Of a stretch of 64,000 nucleotides of DNA, positions 35,237 to 47,620 are shown in pieces. The translations under genes and the position numbers were made by a program. Below the pieces are notes generated by a model. That model saw nothing but the letters and a program-made list of their open reading frames with translations. It did not search any database and was not told where the DNA came from. The stretch is from positions 1,302,001-1,366,000 of the forward strand of contig BQFW01000008.1 in the NCBI GenBank assembly GCA_020891255.1, in the 5' to 3' direction. The first letter of the stretch is position 1, and every line of letters begins with the position of its first letter. The stretch comes from Entomortierella parvispora E1425 (lineage: Eukaryota > Fungi > Mortierellomycota).

Positions 35237-37915
35237 ATGCCCGCACCAGCACCAGGACTTCAGTCCATCTCGGACCTGACCACAACCTCGCGCATCACCA
35301 CCGGCGATATCCCTCCTCCCCTCGTCGGCGCGACCATGACCATCGTGGACGACAAGATGTATCTCTTTGGAGGTCGACTCGTCCAGAACAGACAGATGAC
35401 AAACTCTCTTTACATCCTCCATCTTGAAGAGTTCCGATGGGAGAACGTTTCCCACATCGTCAACGTGATGCCGACCACCAACACCGCCATCGGTGACCCC
35501 GGTGCTGAAGACGAGATTGAAATCTCGGCTCCTCCCTCAGAACGCTACTTTCACTCGGCCAACGCTTACAAAAATTCGATTGTTTTCTTTGGCGGAATGG
35601 GCCCAGGCCCGACAACCGAAGACGGACAGTCGCAAGACCTGGTTGTCTTTGATGATATCAAAGTCCTCGATCTTGAACTCCTCCAGTGGCGCAAAGTCCG
35701 TATCCCTACCTCTGAGCACTCTCCCAAGCCCAGATACGCCCACCTGTCGAGCATCTCTGGCAACAAACTGGTGACAATTGGAGGTCAGGACATTGGAAAC
35801 CATTACATCGAATATATCAACGTTCTGGACCTCGACAGTTGGCAGTGGGTCAGCTCCATGCCCTTTGATCGTCATTGTGGATCGTACCGTTCGATTGCTG
35901 TCAGCGGCAGCGGCAAAGGATTGACTATCCCCCAGATTGGAAGCGAGCTCGAACAAAATTCTGGACAGCTCTCACCTACAGGATCTAGTACGGACGGCTT
36001 CCCGACTTCGTACCTCCGCAAGGCCTCCTCCAACACCTCGCTTCACTATACACCATCCCTTCGCAAGAGCGCATCCAACCTTGCCCTGCCCAAGAAAGGT
36101 GGGCCCATGGCTCGTCTCTCCGGTTCGGCCGGCAGCTTTGGCAGCTCTCCTCCAAAGGACCATCGATCATCTATTTACCGACTGTCCCACATTCAAACTA
36201 CGCCAGTTCAGCAAGAAGAGCACCCTATTTATTTGTACTCCAACTTCAATTTCACGGATGTGAAACGTGAGCTGCAGGTCATGAACCCACCTTCATTTCA
36301 AATGCAAGAGCACTCTAAGGACATGTCTGGAAGTCTCTTGCCTCCAGGACTCCGATTCCCGACCGGAGCCGTCGCCGGTCAGCACCTTTTACTCTCGGGT
36401 ACATATCTCACCAGCACACAACAATCCTTCAGCATTTGGTCCTTGAACCTTTCGAGTTTGGTCTGGACCAGGATCGACACTGGCTCGGTCTTCAACTCTG
36501 GATCCTGGAACAGAGGATTGTTGATGGAGAGCGCGAATGCTTTCCTGGTCTTTGGCAACAAGTACAGGAGTCTTGCGGATGATTATAACCAGCGCCAAAC
36601 CAACTTTGAACACGTCTCCATCGTGGATCTGGAGGCCTTTGGAATTTACCAACATCCACCAACCACCATGACCCAGACTGCTCAAGAGCTTGGTCTCGGA
36701 CTGTTGAATGATCCCTCCATGGCCGACTTTGAGATTCTCACAATGGACAACCAGAGAATTCCCGTCAACTCTGCGATTTTGTCCGCCCGTTGGCCCTACT
36801 TTGGGGCCCTACTTCGGGAGCAGGAGGAGCTGGATGCAGCCGCTGGACTCGACAAGTCTCTAGAAGGAGAAGAGACCAATCCCTCCCTGTTTTCAAAGAG
36901 AACTCTTTCTCTCCCAGAACCTTATACCGTTGTGTTGGCATTCTTGCAATACCTTTACACAGATCACTTGGTCACAGCCCAGCAGCATCACGCCCAGGTG
37001 CTTTCTCAGTTGCTCTTGCTCGCCGACATGTATGGACTAGACCGACTCCGAGACTTGGCAACACATGCTCTCCACCAAATGCTCAACATGTCGACAGCCG
37101 CCATGGTGTACGAGACTGCGGCGCTCTCCCAACAAACAGGACTTCAAATCCGATCGCTCAAAGTCATGATCGCGGCCAAAAAGATGTTGCAGCAGCAGCA
37201 ACTGAAGCTGCAACAGCAACAAGCACAGAGTCAAAGCATTTCTGCCGAACATGCATGGCGTTCTCAGGATCATGAGGATTCCAGAGGTGGACCAGCCCCT
37301 TATATGTCTCAACAACAAAACATCTATGGTATCTTTCAACCCTCACCGCCCCCTCCCTTGATGCCTGGGTCGCCTGAATACAATCGCATGTCGATGAGCT
37401 CATCTCAGGGAACAGCTCTCCCTCACCCCATGGTCCGGAATCGCACCTCGCTCATGGGATCTGCACCACCTGCCAACTGGAACATGGAGCCATTAACGCC
37501 CCCACCCGTCTCGCCCCCACCTCCAGCACAAGTGCCAACACCCGCACCCAAGCAATCCTTCTTTTCTTTTCCTGGATCCAAGTCTAAAGCCGCCGCCGCT
37601 GCCGCCGCCGCGGCAGCAGCGTCTTCGGCTGGTAGCATTCGATCCGGCATGACTGGCACTAGCTCAACAACAGATCTCTCGTTCAACAACACAATGACGG
37701 GCAGCAGTACGAAAAAGGGCCTGGCGCCCTCGACGACGGGTCCTCTCCTCTCGGATGCGGCCAGTGTCAGGAGCGGCCAATCCGGCACATCCACCAACTC
37801 GGACGAGATTGAACGCAAAAAGAAGGAGGAGGCCAAGAGACGGGAAGTGATGCAGAGGCTTATGGAGGGCAGCTATGGTTCAGGATCCTTTAGTGGATTC
37901 AGCGTCGGAGTCTAA
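35237..37915 (+). CDS. Kelch-repeat plus BTB/POZ protein, Mds3/Pmd1/Ral2 family
   Basis: Kelch repeats (MYLFGGR, RYFHSA, PRYAHLS) and BTB-like DFEILTMDNQRIPVNSAILSARWPYF...FLQYLYTD. Intronless 892-aa ORF. Confidence 0.9.
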   Translation: MPAPAPGLQSISDLTTTSRITTGDIPPPLVGATMTIVDDKMYLFGGRLVQNRQMTNSLYILHLEEFRWENVSHIVNVMPTTNTAIGDPGAEDEIEISAPPSERYFHSANAYKNSIVFFGGMGPGPTTEDGQSQDLVVFDDIKVLDLELLQWRKVRIPTSEHSPKPRYAHLSSISGNKLVTIGGQDIGNHYIEYINVLDLDSWQWVSSMPFDRHCGSYRSIAVSGSGKGLTIPQIGSELEQNSGQLSPTGSSTDGFPTSYLRKASSNTSLHYTPSLRKSASNLALPKKGGPMARLSGSAGSFGSSPPKDHRSSIYRLSHIQTTPVQQEEHPIYLYSNFNFTDVKRELQVMNPPSFQMQEHSKDMSGSLLPPGLRFPTGAVAGQHLLLSGTYLTSTQQSFSIWSLNLSSLVWTRIDTGSVFNSGSWNRGLLMESANAFLVFGNKYRSLADDYNQRQTNFEHVSIVDLEAFGIYQHPPTTMTQTAQELGLGLLNDPSMADFEILTMDNQRIPVNSAILSARWPYFGALLREQEELDAAAGLDKSLEGEETNPSLFSKRTLSLPEPYTVVLAFLQYLYTDHLVTAQQHHAQVLSQLLLLADMYGLDRLRDLATHALHQMLNMSTAAMVYETAALSQQTGLQIRSLKVMIAAKKMLQQQQLKLQQQQAQSQSISAEHAWRSQDHEDSRGGPAPYMSQQQNIYGIFQPSPPPPLMPGSPEYNRMSMSSSQGTALPHPMVRNRTSLMGSAPPANWNMEPLTPPPVSPPPPAQVPTPAPKQSFFSFPGSKSKAAAAAAAAAAASSAGSIRSGMTGTSSTTDLSFNNTMTGSSTKKGLAPSTTGPLLSDAASVRSGQSGTSTNSDEIERKKKEEAKRREVMQRLMEGSYGSGSFSGFSVGV

Positions 37916-38096
37916 GCGTTCCTGTCGTCTTTTTCCTTCCTTTCGCCCATGGCTCCCTCGCGCTCTGTTCCTCTCCCTTCCTTTTTTTTTTTGATCCTTT
38001 TTTTTATATTTTTATTTTCAAATATTATTATATAATCATCACTTATTCATAAAGAAAAGAAAGACACCTGCACTCCACTCTCTTGCCTTTTGTACT

Positions 38097-38427
38097 TTAT
38101 TCAGATGGTTTTGACAATGGCAGGGTTCCTGTCGAAGAGGTGGACGTGTTTCTCTTATGAGCCGAGACTTTCATGGACCCCTCACCAGCCGTGTTACCTG
38201 TGCTTTGTTTAAGACCGCCGCTACTAGAGCTTAAACCACTCTGCTGTCCAATGCTGGCACTGCTGCCTCTGTTCGCCTGGCGCTGATTGTAGAAACGAGT
38301 GCCCAGAATCAAGTCTGCCATGCCTTCCTCCTAAAAGAGCGATTGAAAAGCAAGACAAAGAGGGTTGGTTTCAAAGAAATAATCTCGGGTATCATTTTCT
38401 TGACAAACTGTAAAATAGCACCCCCAA

Positions 38428-38458
<31 letters not shown>

Positions 38459-41400
38459 CCATACCTGCGCGAAACCAAAACCCAGGATAGGTGTTGGAGG
38501 CTTGGATGAGAGGGGATCACTGACGCCGATATGGGTTCCTGTCGAGTTTATGCGTGGGATGCCAATAGTACACCATTGTGGATCGGGATCGACAAACGTC
38601 GGGGACGCACTCTTGAGGGACTGTGCCCCTTCCTCCTGAAGTCGATGACGCACTTGCTGGAGATGCTGTCTCCGGAGGATCATGGACGGATTTGTAGAGT
38701 CAAGGATATCAGAACCAGCCGCATCGTCGTCCGCAGGGGTATGGAGTCGACGTAAGCCTGGATTGTTGGTAGTTGATCCGGATGAATGGGCTGAAGAGGG
38801 AGAGCCTAAACCTCCTGGACCTTCTCGAGATCGTAGCACGGATGGGTGCCTCCTCAAGGATGGAGAAAGCATAGCGGGGACCGTCTGTTCCCTCATTTCA
38901 GGTGGGTTTGTCACCTCGGGCTCTTCCGAACGATTGGTATCCATAGAAGCTGCGACAACCGATGGAATCACACTCTCCTCTGAGGGATATGCCACGATTG
39001 GACGCGTCTTTGCTGGAGCAGAGGCAGGCATTAGACCCCAAGTCCAATCCAGCCGCAAATGTCGACCCAGAGCACGATAGGTGGATGCATTTCTGGTGTC
39101 CAACGTCTTGCACTTGCCCTCAGAGTCGATTCCAGGATCGAGCCATTCAACATGGACAGAACTAGTCGTAGGTGGGCGGTTGCTTTGTTGCAGCGCTCCG
39201 GACAGCGCGCTAGGTGTTGGGTGCATCTCAGACATACCCTCCACAAGGACGCGATGGTCCATATTCCTCATGTGGCAAATTTCCTGCAAGATGTCCAGAT
39301 CCTTTGGATGATACATCCTCCGAATGTATCGAGCGGTCAGTCTCGGGATGTTACAGCAGACAATAGTCAACACCACGACGGCCCAAAACGTTGCCGTGGC
39401 CATCACATTGATCTGGAATTGATAATTGGGGTTCGCCTGAGATAGAGCCCTTGGGAGCATGGCATATAAGGCCGAATAGACAAAGATCAGGGCCACGGAC
39501 CCCCAGATGAAGAGGACATGGAATCCTGAAAAAGACTGGCTGACCACAGCCGCAAAGATATTTGCCTGAGCAATACTCGACACAGCCATAGCCAGACCCA
39601 TCTCGTACATTTCCTGAATCCGACCCGAGGATTCGACACTGCCGCGTTGATAACTGAAGTACGGGATCACGAAACAGAGGATTGACTGAAAGATGCCTTC
39701 AAGAGAGTATATCAGGAATCGAGCGTTTGTGAACTCTTCCTGCAGTAATCCAACCTTGTAAAGCTCAGGAAAAGTCATCAGAACGCCAGGACCAATATCT
39801 CGATCGAAAATTCCAATGATCAAGGGCGGGAACACCGTGAAGACCACGTTGTAGAGCAGGATGTACGAGTACTCGAATGCAGGCACTGACGAAAATCCGC
39901 AAACAAACTCGTAGCAGAACAGGGCGCCGATACCGATAATGTTTTTGTAGATGAACAGCATCACCATGGACGAGTTTCTGAGATAGGCGTAGTGACCATG
40001 GACGAGCAGCAGCCGAGCTAGGAACCTGAACTGACCGATCGAATAGTCGCTGGCCATGACGGCCTGGAGCCCTTCCTCGCCTGCGACGCCGATCCCGATA
40101 TGAGCTTCTTGAATCATGGAGACATCGTTGGCACCGTCTCCAATCGAGAGCGTCATGACTTTTTTCGAGTCTTTGACCATCTTGACTACCATGGCTTTCT
40201 GGAGAGGAGAAACACGACAGCAGACGACGGCAGAACACTCACAGGCGAGCTCAACCAAAAGTTCTTTACAGGCTGGATCCTCTAAAGCAAACTTGAGTGC
40301 CAGCCCATCAATGACCAGAGCTGTGTTCCGGCTCTGTCGTTGAATCAGTTTTTTTCTTCCACCACCAAAAGTCGCTGTTGTTGCTCTCCTTTTGATGGAC
40401 GATATCGAATCCAGGAACGGTTTTGTGATCGTAGGCGGTTCCCATCGCTCATACATACGCCAAGGCAAATAGTCGCCATAGCTGGATCCTGGGCCGCCAT
40501 GGTTGTGATCCACACTGCTGCCGCCTTGCTCTGTGGTTTCTGATTTTTCTGTCATACTTGGGGTACCTGTACCACGGTCATAATCGGCCGCCTGGGCATC
40601 ATGTAATGTAGCCCTTGTGAGATCCCACATGGGATCCTGAGAAATCTTGAAGGAACTCAAAGCTGTTCGGATCTGTGCCATGACTGGATGTTCATTCTGT
40701 TCGATGACTGGGTGGTTGGCCTTCTCGGCATCACGGTCGCTTGGGCCTCTCTGATGCAGCTGCCGATGACTGCTATGAAGGGGATATTTCTCAGGTTCGT
40801 AGTCTCCCCGGATGAGAACTAGCTCAATGTCTGAGCAAGGGGGGGCTTCTTCAGAATCTGGGTTGGTATCTTCAGACACGAGTGAAGACGAACTGTTCTT
40901 TTGTGCAACCGCACTATCCTGGAGATCCCTGAGCCCATCTCTGCCAATGCTGTCTGTGCGACTCTTTGAGAGAGGGATCTGACCAATGTCCTCTGCATCC
41001 TTCAGACTTCCTTGGGATAAAAGGCCTGTCGAGACACCAATGCTAATCGCAGTCTCCATCTTGTCTCCTGTCAGCATCCACACCTTGATGCCGGCCCGTT
41101 TCAACAACCGAATTGTCTCTGGGACGCCATCCTGGAGTCGATCCTCGATCCCTGTGCCTCCCAAGAGTATCAAATCCCGTTCCATTTCCTCTCCGAGTTC
41201 CTCCAACATTTCTTGACGCGTCGTCGTTTTGAACGATTTACGAAGAGTCCACCCATGATCGGCGGCAACCATACCCTGGTCATCGGGATGGATTTCGATC
41301 TGATCGCTTTGTGAACTCTTGTTGGTAGTGGCCACATTCGTTTCTTCGTCCAGTTCCAGAGTTGAATCACTACTGCCTTCCACAAAGGTTGAAGCAAAAT

Positions 41401-44400
41401 GATATCGATCTGCCCATCTGCTGTACGCTGTCGGATCCAAGAGCTTATAAGCCAGGCAGAGTGTTCGAAGTCCATCCCGCGCAAAGGATTGAAAGTGCGC
41501 TGTAGTATCCTGCACGATCTGATCCTGTCCTCCTGCAAGCCTCTCAAAGATAATATTATCTGCGCCTTTGGTCAGGAGCAGGATCTCTCCTTCTTGGTGC
41601 TCGTCGTGGTCCTCATTGTTGTTATTTTGTGCTCGCGTGGAGCCAGATTCAGGCCACAGTCGCTTGACAATGATACTCATCCGTTTACGAGTGCTGTTGA
41701 ATTCGAGGACGTTCAAGATCTGATACCGTCTGGGCTCTTGTTCGCGTGGATGGGCCATCAAAATGACGTCTACCTCGCGACCCAGAAATGTGTAACCCAA
41801 CCCTTTAGATGCAACGACAAGCGCTAGCTCGTCAGGACTCTGAGCTTGATAGTCTGTGTCAGAGGGAATTCGAATGGTGCCAATAAACTGAGGAGTTTGA
41901 AAGGATCTCTCTTCAGCAGCCGGCGCCTTCTCTGCGACGACAGTGGAGACGAGAACGGTATGACAGATGCTGAGGATGAGGAAAAAATCATCCGTGGCTC
42001 CTTGAAGCGCATCTGGGTCTTGAAGTCCATTGCTACTGCCATCTTCGCCTCCACCACCTGGGCTGTTAAGAGTCGCTGGGGTCAAAGCGAACTGTAATGG
42101 ATTTCCAGCTGATTCTTCCAGTACGGCGGTAGCATTGGAAGAATTCCTGGACCGAGTCTGGCCACCCTGTACGCCCTCGTCGTTTTCTTTCGCCGCCTTC
42201 TCGATGCCGAGTCCAAGTGAGTCGTGTTGCGGCCAATCGACCAGGGTATTAGGACTCGATCTGTGGCGCCGCGATCCGTCCATTCCCGGTGCGCCTATGT
42301 CGGCTGATTCCTGCCCAGTCTCAATGATGTCATCTTCTGTCGATCCCAATATCTCCATGGTGAATGGGTCTTGTTTGTTGTCGAAAGAGGGGTATCCGTG
42401 TTGCGAGGTCGGGTCTTTGCCGAGTAGGCTCTCGTGGATACCGGTTGGATTCTCATGCTGTTGATCAGTTGTGGCGACTGGTGACACCGCCACTGTCGTT
42501 GTTGTCGAGGGAGTAAAGTCAAAGACTTGTCCTTGGATCGAGCACTTTTTGAACTCCATCTGATTGGTCGTGAGGGTCCCTGTTTTGTCTGAAAATATAT
42601 ACTCGATCTGTCCAAGATCGTCTGATAGATTCCAGCTGCGGGGCATGCAAGGTATATCCCGTTTCTCATAGTACAGATCCAGGTCCTGATAGATGAAGTA
42701 CGCCTAGGATCAGCATAAAAAAGATCTCGTTGAGAAAGATGATCGAGGCGCCATTGGCCAAGAGGGTGGTCATACAAAGAAGGGCCCATTACTTGGATCG
42801 TTTTTACACCCTCAACGGTCAAATAAAGAGCCACAGGAACCAGGTTTTGGAAAGTGATGATGCTCATCCTGGAGAAGATAAACGAGAAATGAAAAAAAAA
42901 AGAGTTAATTTCGTCAAATGGGTCAGCAGACGGAAATCAACTGTATTTACATGAATGAGATGAACGATGTAAAAGCTGGATTGCTGTAAGAACTCGAGCT
43001 GTCGGTAGTCGTGAACGGTGCACCGATGGCAAGACTGTGTCTTTCCCATTTTCGACTCATGAGCGCAAAAAAGATACAGATGACTCCCAGTACTATCAGG
43101 TTGATGAAGCTGATCCAAGCCGTTAGTTTGGAAGGGAGGTACAACAAGCGTGATTCTCGAAAGATCTCCTTACATCTGAAAGTTCATTTTTCGCTCCATG
43201 TCGCTGCGCTTGCTCGGCACGCGTCCAGAGTTCATTTGCAACTTTGTATCCGCCCCTGTAAAGATGACTAGGCCAATGACCCACTCTGTATTCCGGAGGA
43301 CACAGCCTCGCAAGAGGAGATGGTTCAAGTCAATCCCCACCCGTCGAGCTCCTGCTCCTGTCTCAGGGTCTGCTGGAAAGACGACGGCTCCATGGTACTT
43401 CAGCAAGTTGTTGTTGGGCCCTTCACTGTCGACCCAGAACTTTATCCGAGTACACTCCTCTGGTGTATAAAGAGGACCCAGGCCTGGGATGCATTGGCGA
43501 ATTTTGAGGTTGGTTTCGCCATCGAGGTTCATGGTCTCTACATAGCAAATCGGCTCTGGTTCAGAACTGGAGAGGATTAGCAGATCTGCAGGAATAAAGT
43601 CGTTTCGTTGCAACAGAATCAGATCGCCCTCCTGCACGTCCTGCCAGAGACGTGGGCGCCAATAGGGAAACGAGAGATCGTTCTCTGGTGGTTCCTCAAC
43701 CAGTTGGTATAGTTCTCCTGTGGCACCTGAGAGTTGAGATCCTTCAGCGTTTGGATCTGCGGGAGAGCGCCGGTAGCTGTAGCCTATGACTTTGGGCGCT
43801 GGCTCTTGTAGCTCAGAGTCTGAACGATCCAATTCATCGTTCGTGTCCTGGAGATCGCTGTCCATATTTCCTGCGCCATTCAAGAATCGTGCCTTGAATC
43901 TTTTAAAGGCCCTTATCAACGTCCCGCTCCTGATGCATCGGAGAAGCGATCGCATGGGTCGTTTCAGAAACCGGCCCATGATCAGGATCCGTTCAGCGAT
44001 CCAGGAGCTTTTACTCTGATGATGACCTCCCCCTGAAAGAGCTCCAGCGGGGGTAGATTCCTGATACAGGTAGCGCGCGTATTTTGACCGGTGTCGACAG
44101 TGATAATGGTGCGCCAACTTCTGTTCCATGGTCCTGTTCTTCCAGTTGTGTAAAGCCAGAGTGGTTCGAGTGTTGACAGTCTCATCGACTTCGTGTCTCT
44201 TCCAGTCTTCAAAACCATCCCTGGCAGCTGTCAAACCGACAATGATCATCAAAGGTAACGCACTGACGGCTGGCTCCATTGACTGGAAAGGTCTAATGCA
44301 TTGCAGGATGACGATCATGAGAAAGAAAAAATTGGCAACTCTTCGGAATTGATGGTACAAGTTCTTGGGGAGGAAGGTCAGGATCGAGTATTGGGTAGTG

Positions 44401-44666
44401 ACGACCTTGTTGCTGGTGATCCGACCGACGTCATCTTGTTGAGGGGATAAGGGTGATGATGCGTGTGTTGAAGGTAGAGTCAAGGGCGGGCGACGTGGAT
44501 CCTGACCTGTTGGAGAGAGAGGGGAGGGTTCTGATAGGGAGGCATGATCAGGATCGAGGTTGACGTGCACCTGCTTTGTTTTGGGAAGAGGAGGCTTATG
44601 CAAGAGTGAAAAGGCAAACAATGACCGGAGAGGATGCAATTTCCTCGAGTGGGATGGAGGGGGCAT
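38097..44666 (-). CDS. P4-type ATPase phospholipid flippase (Dnf/Drs2 class)
   Basis: NKVVTTQYSILTFLPKNL, LDGETNLK, DKTGTLT, TGDKMETA, CCRVSPLQKA, GDGANDVSMIQ and C-terminal GFGFAQ|EEG motif; multi-exon; ATG at 44666. Confidence 0.95.
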
Positions 44667-45409
44667 GTGGGGTGATGGGTATATGAGTATTATAAGTCTT
44701 GGAGTTGATAACTTGGCAGATGCACATCGGCAGTCAAGAGAGCAAAGAGAGAAAAAAGAGAAAAAAGAGAGGGGAGAGAAAAGCAAGAGAAGAGGAAACT
44801 ACGTTGGACCCAATTCCTTGGACAACCAGCGTGCGAGTGAAAGCTGGAACCCATTTAGAGTAGAAGAGTAGATTGCACTTTTCACTGACGATGCAAGTTG
44901 GATCAAGACAAGGGACCAACGGACGATCCCAGGGAGGCGGGTTAGTCTGCAGGCAAGAACCGGGGACCAGGGGACAGCGATGTGATGCTTCCTGTCTTCC
45001 TGTCGGTGCACCGGAATGGTGGCGTTCTGCTTGAGCTAGAGTCGCCCCAGAGACGCGTCCAAGAGCCCGTCACCATGCGGGGCCGTTGGTTGGCTGATCT
45101 GGCGGGGTGTGGCACGAAACCGACGCTCGCACCCTGGTCAGGTGGGTGTCTGGCTGTCAAACGAGCGACAAAAAAAACGAAAAAAAAAAAGAAGAAAAAA
45201 AAAAAAAGACGAGCACAGACAGTGCAGACAGTGCAGACAGCCCAGATGTTCATTCATGGCATGGCCAGCCACCCTGCAGCATGCACTCGTTACACAGATG
45301 AAAGAGAGAGAGAAAAAAAAAAGGCCGCATTGCCTCTGTCCACTTGGGAATCGCAGCGTTCTCTCGTTCGTCCGTTCGTTCGTTCGTTCGTTCCTCTGCC
45401 TGTCTCTAT

Positions 45410-45440
<31 letters not shown>

Positions 45441-45682
45441 CTTTTCTCTCTTTTCTGTCTGTCTGCCCTTTCTTTCTGTTTTCCTCATTCACACCCCCCT
45501 TCGCCTTCCATTCATCCCCCTCCTCAATTCCACCCCATTGCCCATTCCGCCACCTTCTCTTGCCCCATCTCCCACTAACGCGATATAGACAAAAAAAGGG
45601 TCGCACAACATTCAAACTTCAAACCCTCACCAGTTCGCGCCACCGCCTCCTTCCGTCTCTCACTTCGTTGTTGTTGACTCGT

Positions 45683-47487
45683 ATGCCCACATCCACCCCT
45701 TTGGCTGCCGTGCGCATCCTGCGACCCACGCAGAGCCACCGTCGCTTGACCGCTACCGACCGGTCTGGCGGTGAGGTGCCTCTTGACCAAGACCCCACAG
45801 ATCCCATCACGCTCGCCAACGAGTTTGATCGCGCCAATGCCGTGGTTGAGCTTCAGGGCATGCTCCACAAAGGCGGGTTTATCGACGCTGAAGTCGTCCT
45901 CGTGTCTCTGGATACGCTCGTACAGGTGGCGGATGATCTGGAGGAGGAGATGAAGCAAAAGATGGCCCTTGGTCAGGACTTGGTGGTCTTTCAGTTGTGC
46001 GACGGCACAGGTAAATGTGGACCTCATTTGAAAGATAAAAAAAAAAGGATGCAAAAGCAAAACCACGGTTGACCGCAGTATCGCTCATCATCTTACCCCT
46101 ACCCTCCTCGCTCGGCATTGTGGCCCTGGAAATTACTCAATAGAACTGGATGGCTATCCTGGAGTTTCCATGGTCATCGAGTTGGAGAAACGTAAAATCC
46201 CGTTCACTGGATCTGATTCTGGTAAGCTTTTTTTCTCTGCTTGGCAAATCATATGAGCAGAAAGTTGAATAGAGAATAACTGATAAAATGTCTTGTTTTT
46301 GCAATGTCTTATCAAGCATTCTATATCATCTCGAGTTCAAAGCCCATCCTGAAGAAGGAGCTCCAGGCTGCCCACGTTCCCACCTCGTCCTTCAAGGAAT
46401 TTCGAGAGTTGGCCAAGAGAGAGGACCTGGACGACATTATTCAAGAGATTGGCTTTCCCATGATCGTCAAGCCCTCTATTTCCTATGCCTCCATCAACAT
46501 CACAGTGGCGTCCGTTGTCCACGACGCTGAACATTTGCTGGAGCAAGTCAACTTGTCCTTGGCCGCTAGTTTGAAAGGCACCAAGAAAGAAGACAGCGCC
46601 GATGCAATTGCAGACGCTGCAGAGATCTTGAAGCAAAAGCAGCAACACTATCAGGAAACCCAGCCTCAGGATCAGCAACAGGCCATTCTGAAGGCAAAAA
46701 CACTCAAAAAGGACGAAAAGATGGCTCTCGACATCGAAACTCCTACGGTCTTTGTGGAACAGTATCTTGCAGGGCTCGAGTTTACTGCTCTTGTCATTGG
46801 GGACAAGGACTGGGGCATCCGTGTGTACCCAGTGGCTGAAAGAGCCTTTGATCCCAACCTCGGAAAGTTTGAGCGACTGCTCTCGTTCGATCAATATTGG
46901 GATGGCTACGATCTCAATGGAGGTCAGGGCAACGAAGACTTTTGTAGATATCAACTCGCCAACCCAGAGTGGCAGGAGCGTCTCCAGCAAGTCGCCAGGG
47001 ATGCATATTTGGCCCTGGATGGCAACGGATATGGTCGCGGTAAGGACTCTAACATCATGTTGTCATCAACGCAGGATCTTCGTGGACGATACGAAATTTA
47101 TCCTAACAATTTTTTCTCTAGTTGATATCCGCACAATGGAGATGGACAAGTGCGAGCCCGTTGTCCTCGAGGTGAATTGCAACTGCGGTCTGTCGTTCGA
47201 GAAAGGTAGGCATACAATAACTTGCGCTTATGGAATACTCAAGAAAAGACAAACTAAATGAACTTTGCATCCTCATAGATTCATCCTCGTTGGCGAATAT
47301 TCTGCTGCTGACACATGTTGACCCGCCAGCATTCATTCATGAACTGATTGACCACGCTTTGCATCGCAATCGAAGATTGTACGGGACACATCACACACAC
47401 CACCACCAAGCTCACCGGCCGACGACAGTCCTTAGCACCCATGGTCATGGAAACCGCGAACGAGTCGAAGTTCTGGTGCAAAGTTAA
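45683..47487 (+). CDS. ATP-grasp ligase, D-alanine-D-alanine-ligase-like
   Basis: Five exons (45683-46010, 46144-46221, 46317-47039, 47122-47205, 47279-47487) join in frame. Motifs: FQLCDGTELDGYPG...IPFTGS, FPMIVKPS, VFVEQYLAGLEFT, GYGRVDIR, VLEVNCNCG. Confidence 0.88.
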
Positions 47488-47620
47488 CGCGGGTGGGAGC
47501 AAACTCTTGACCCGAGTGATTTACGTCCATTTCAAGGGTCAAGAGAGACTCCACACCTTTTGCTCTAATCCGTAGCAAACCAAAGCAATAAAATAGGTCG
47601 AATGGTCGGCCCGTCTTCAT

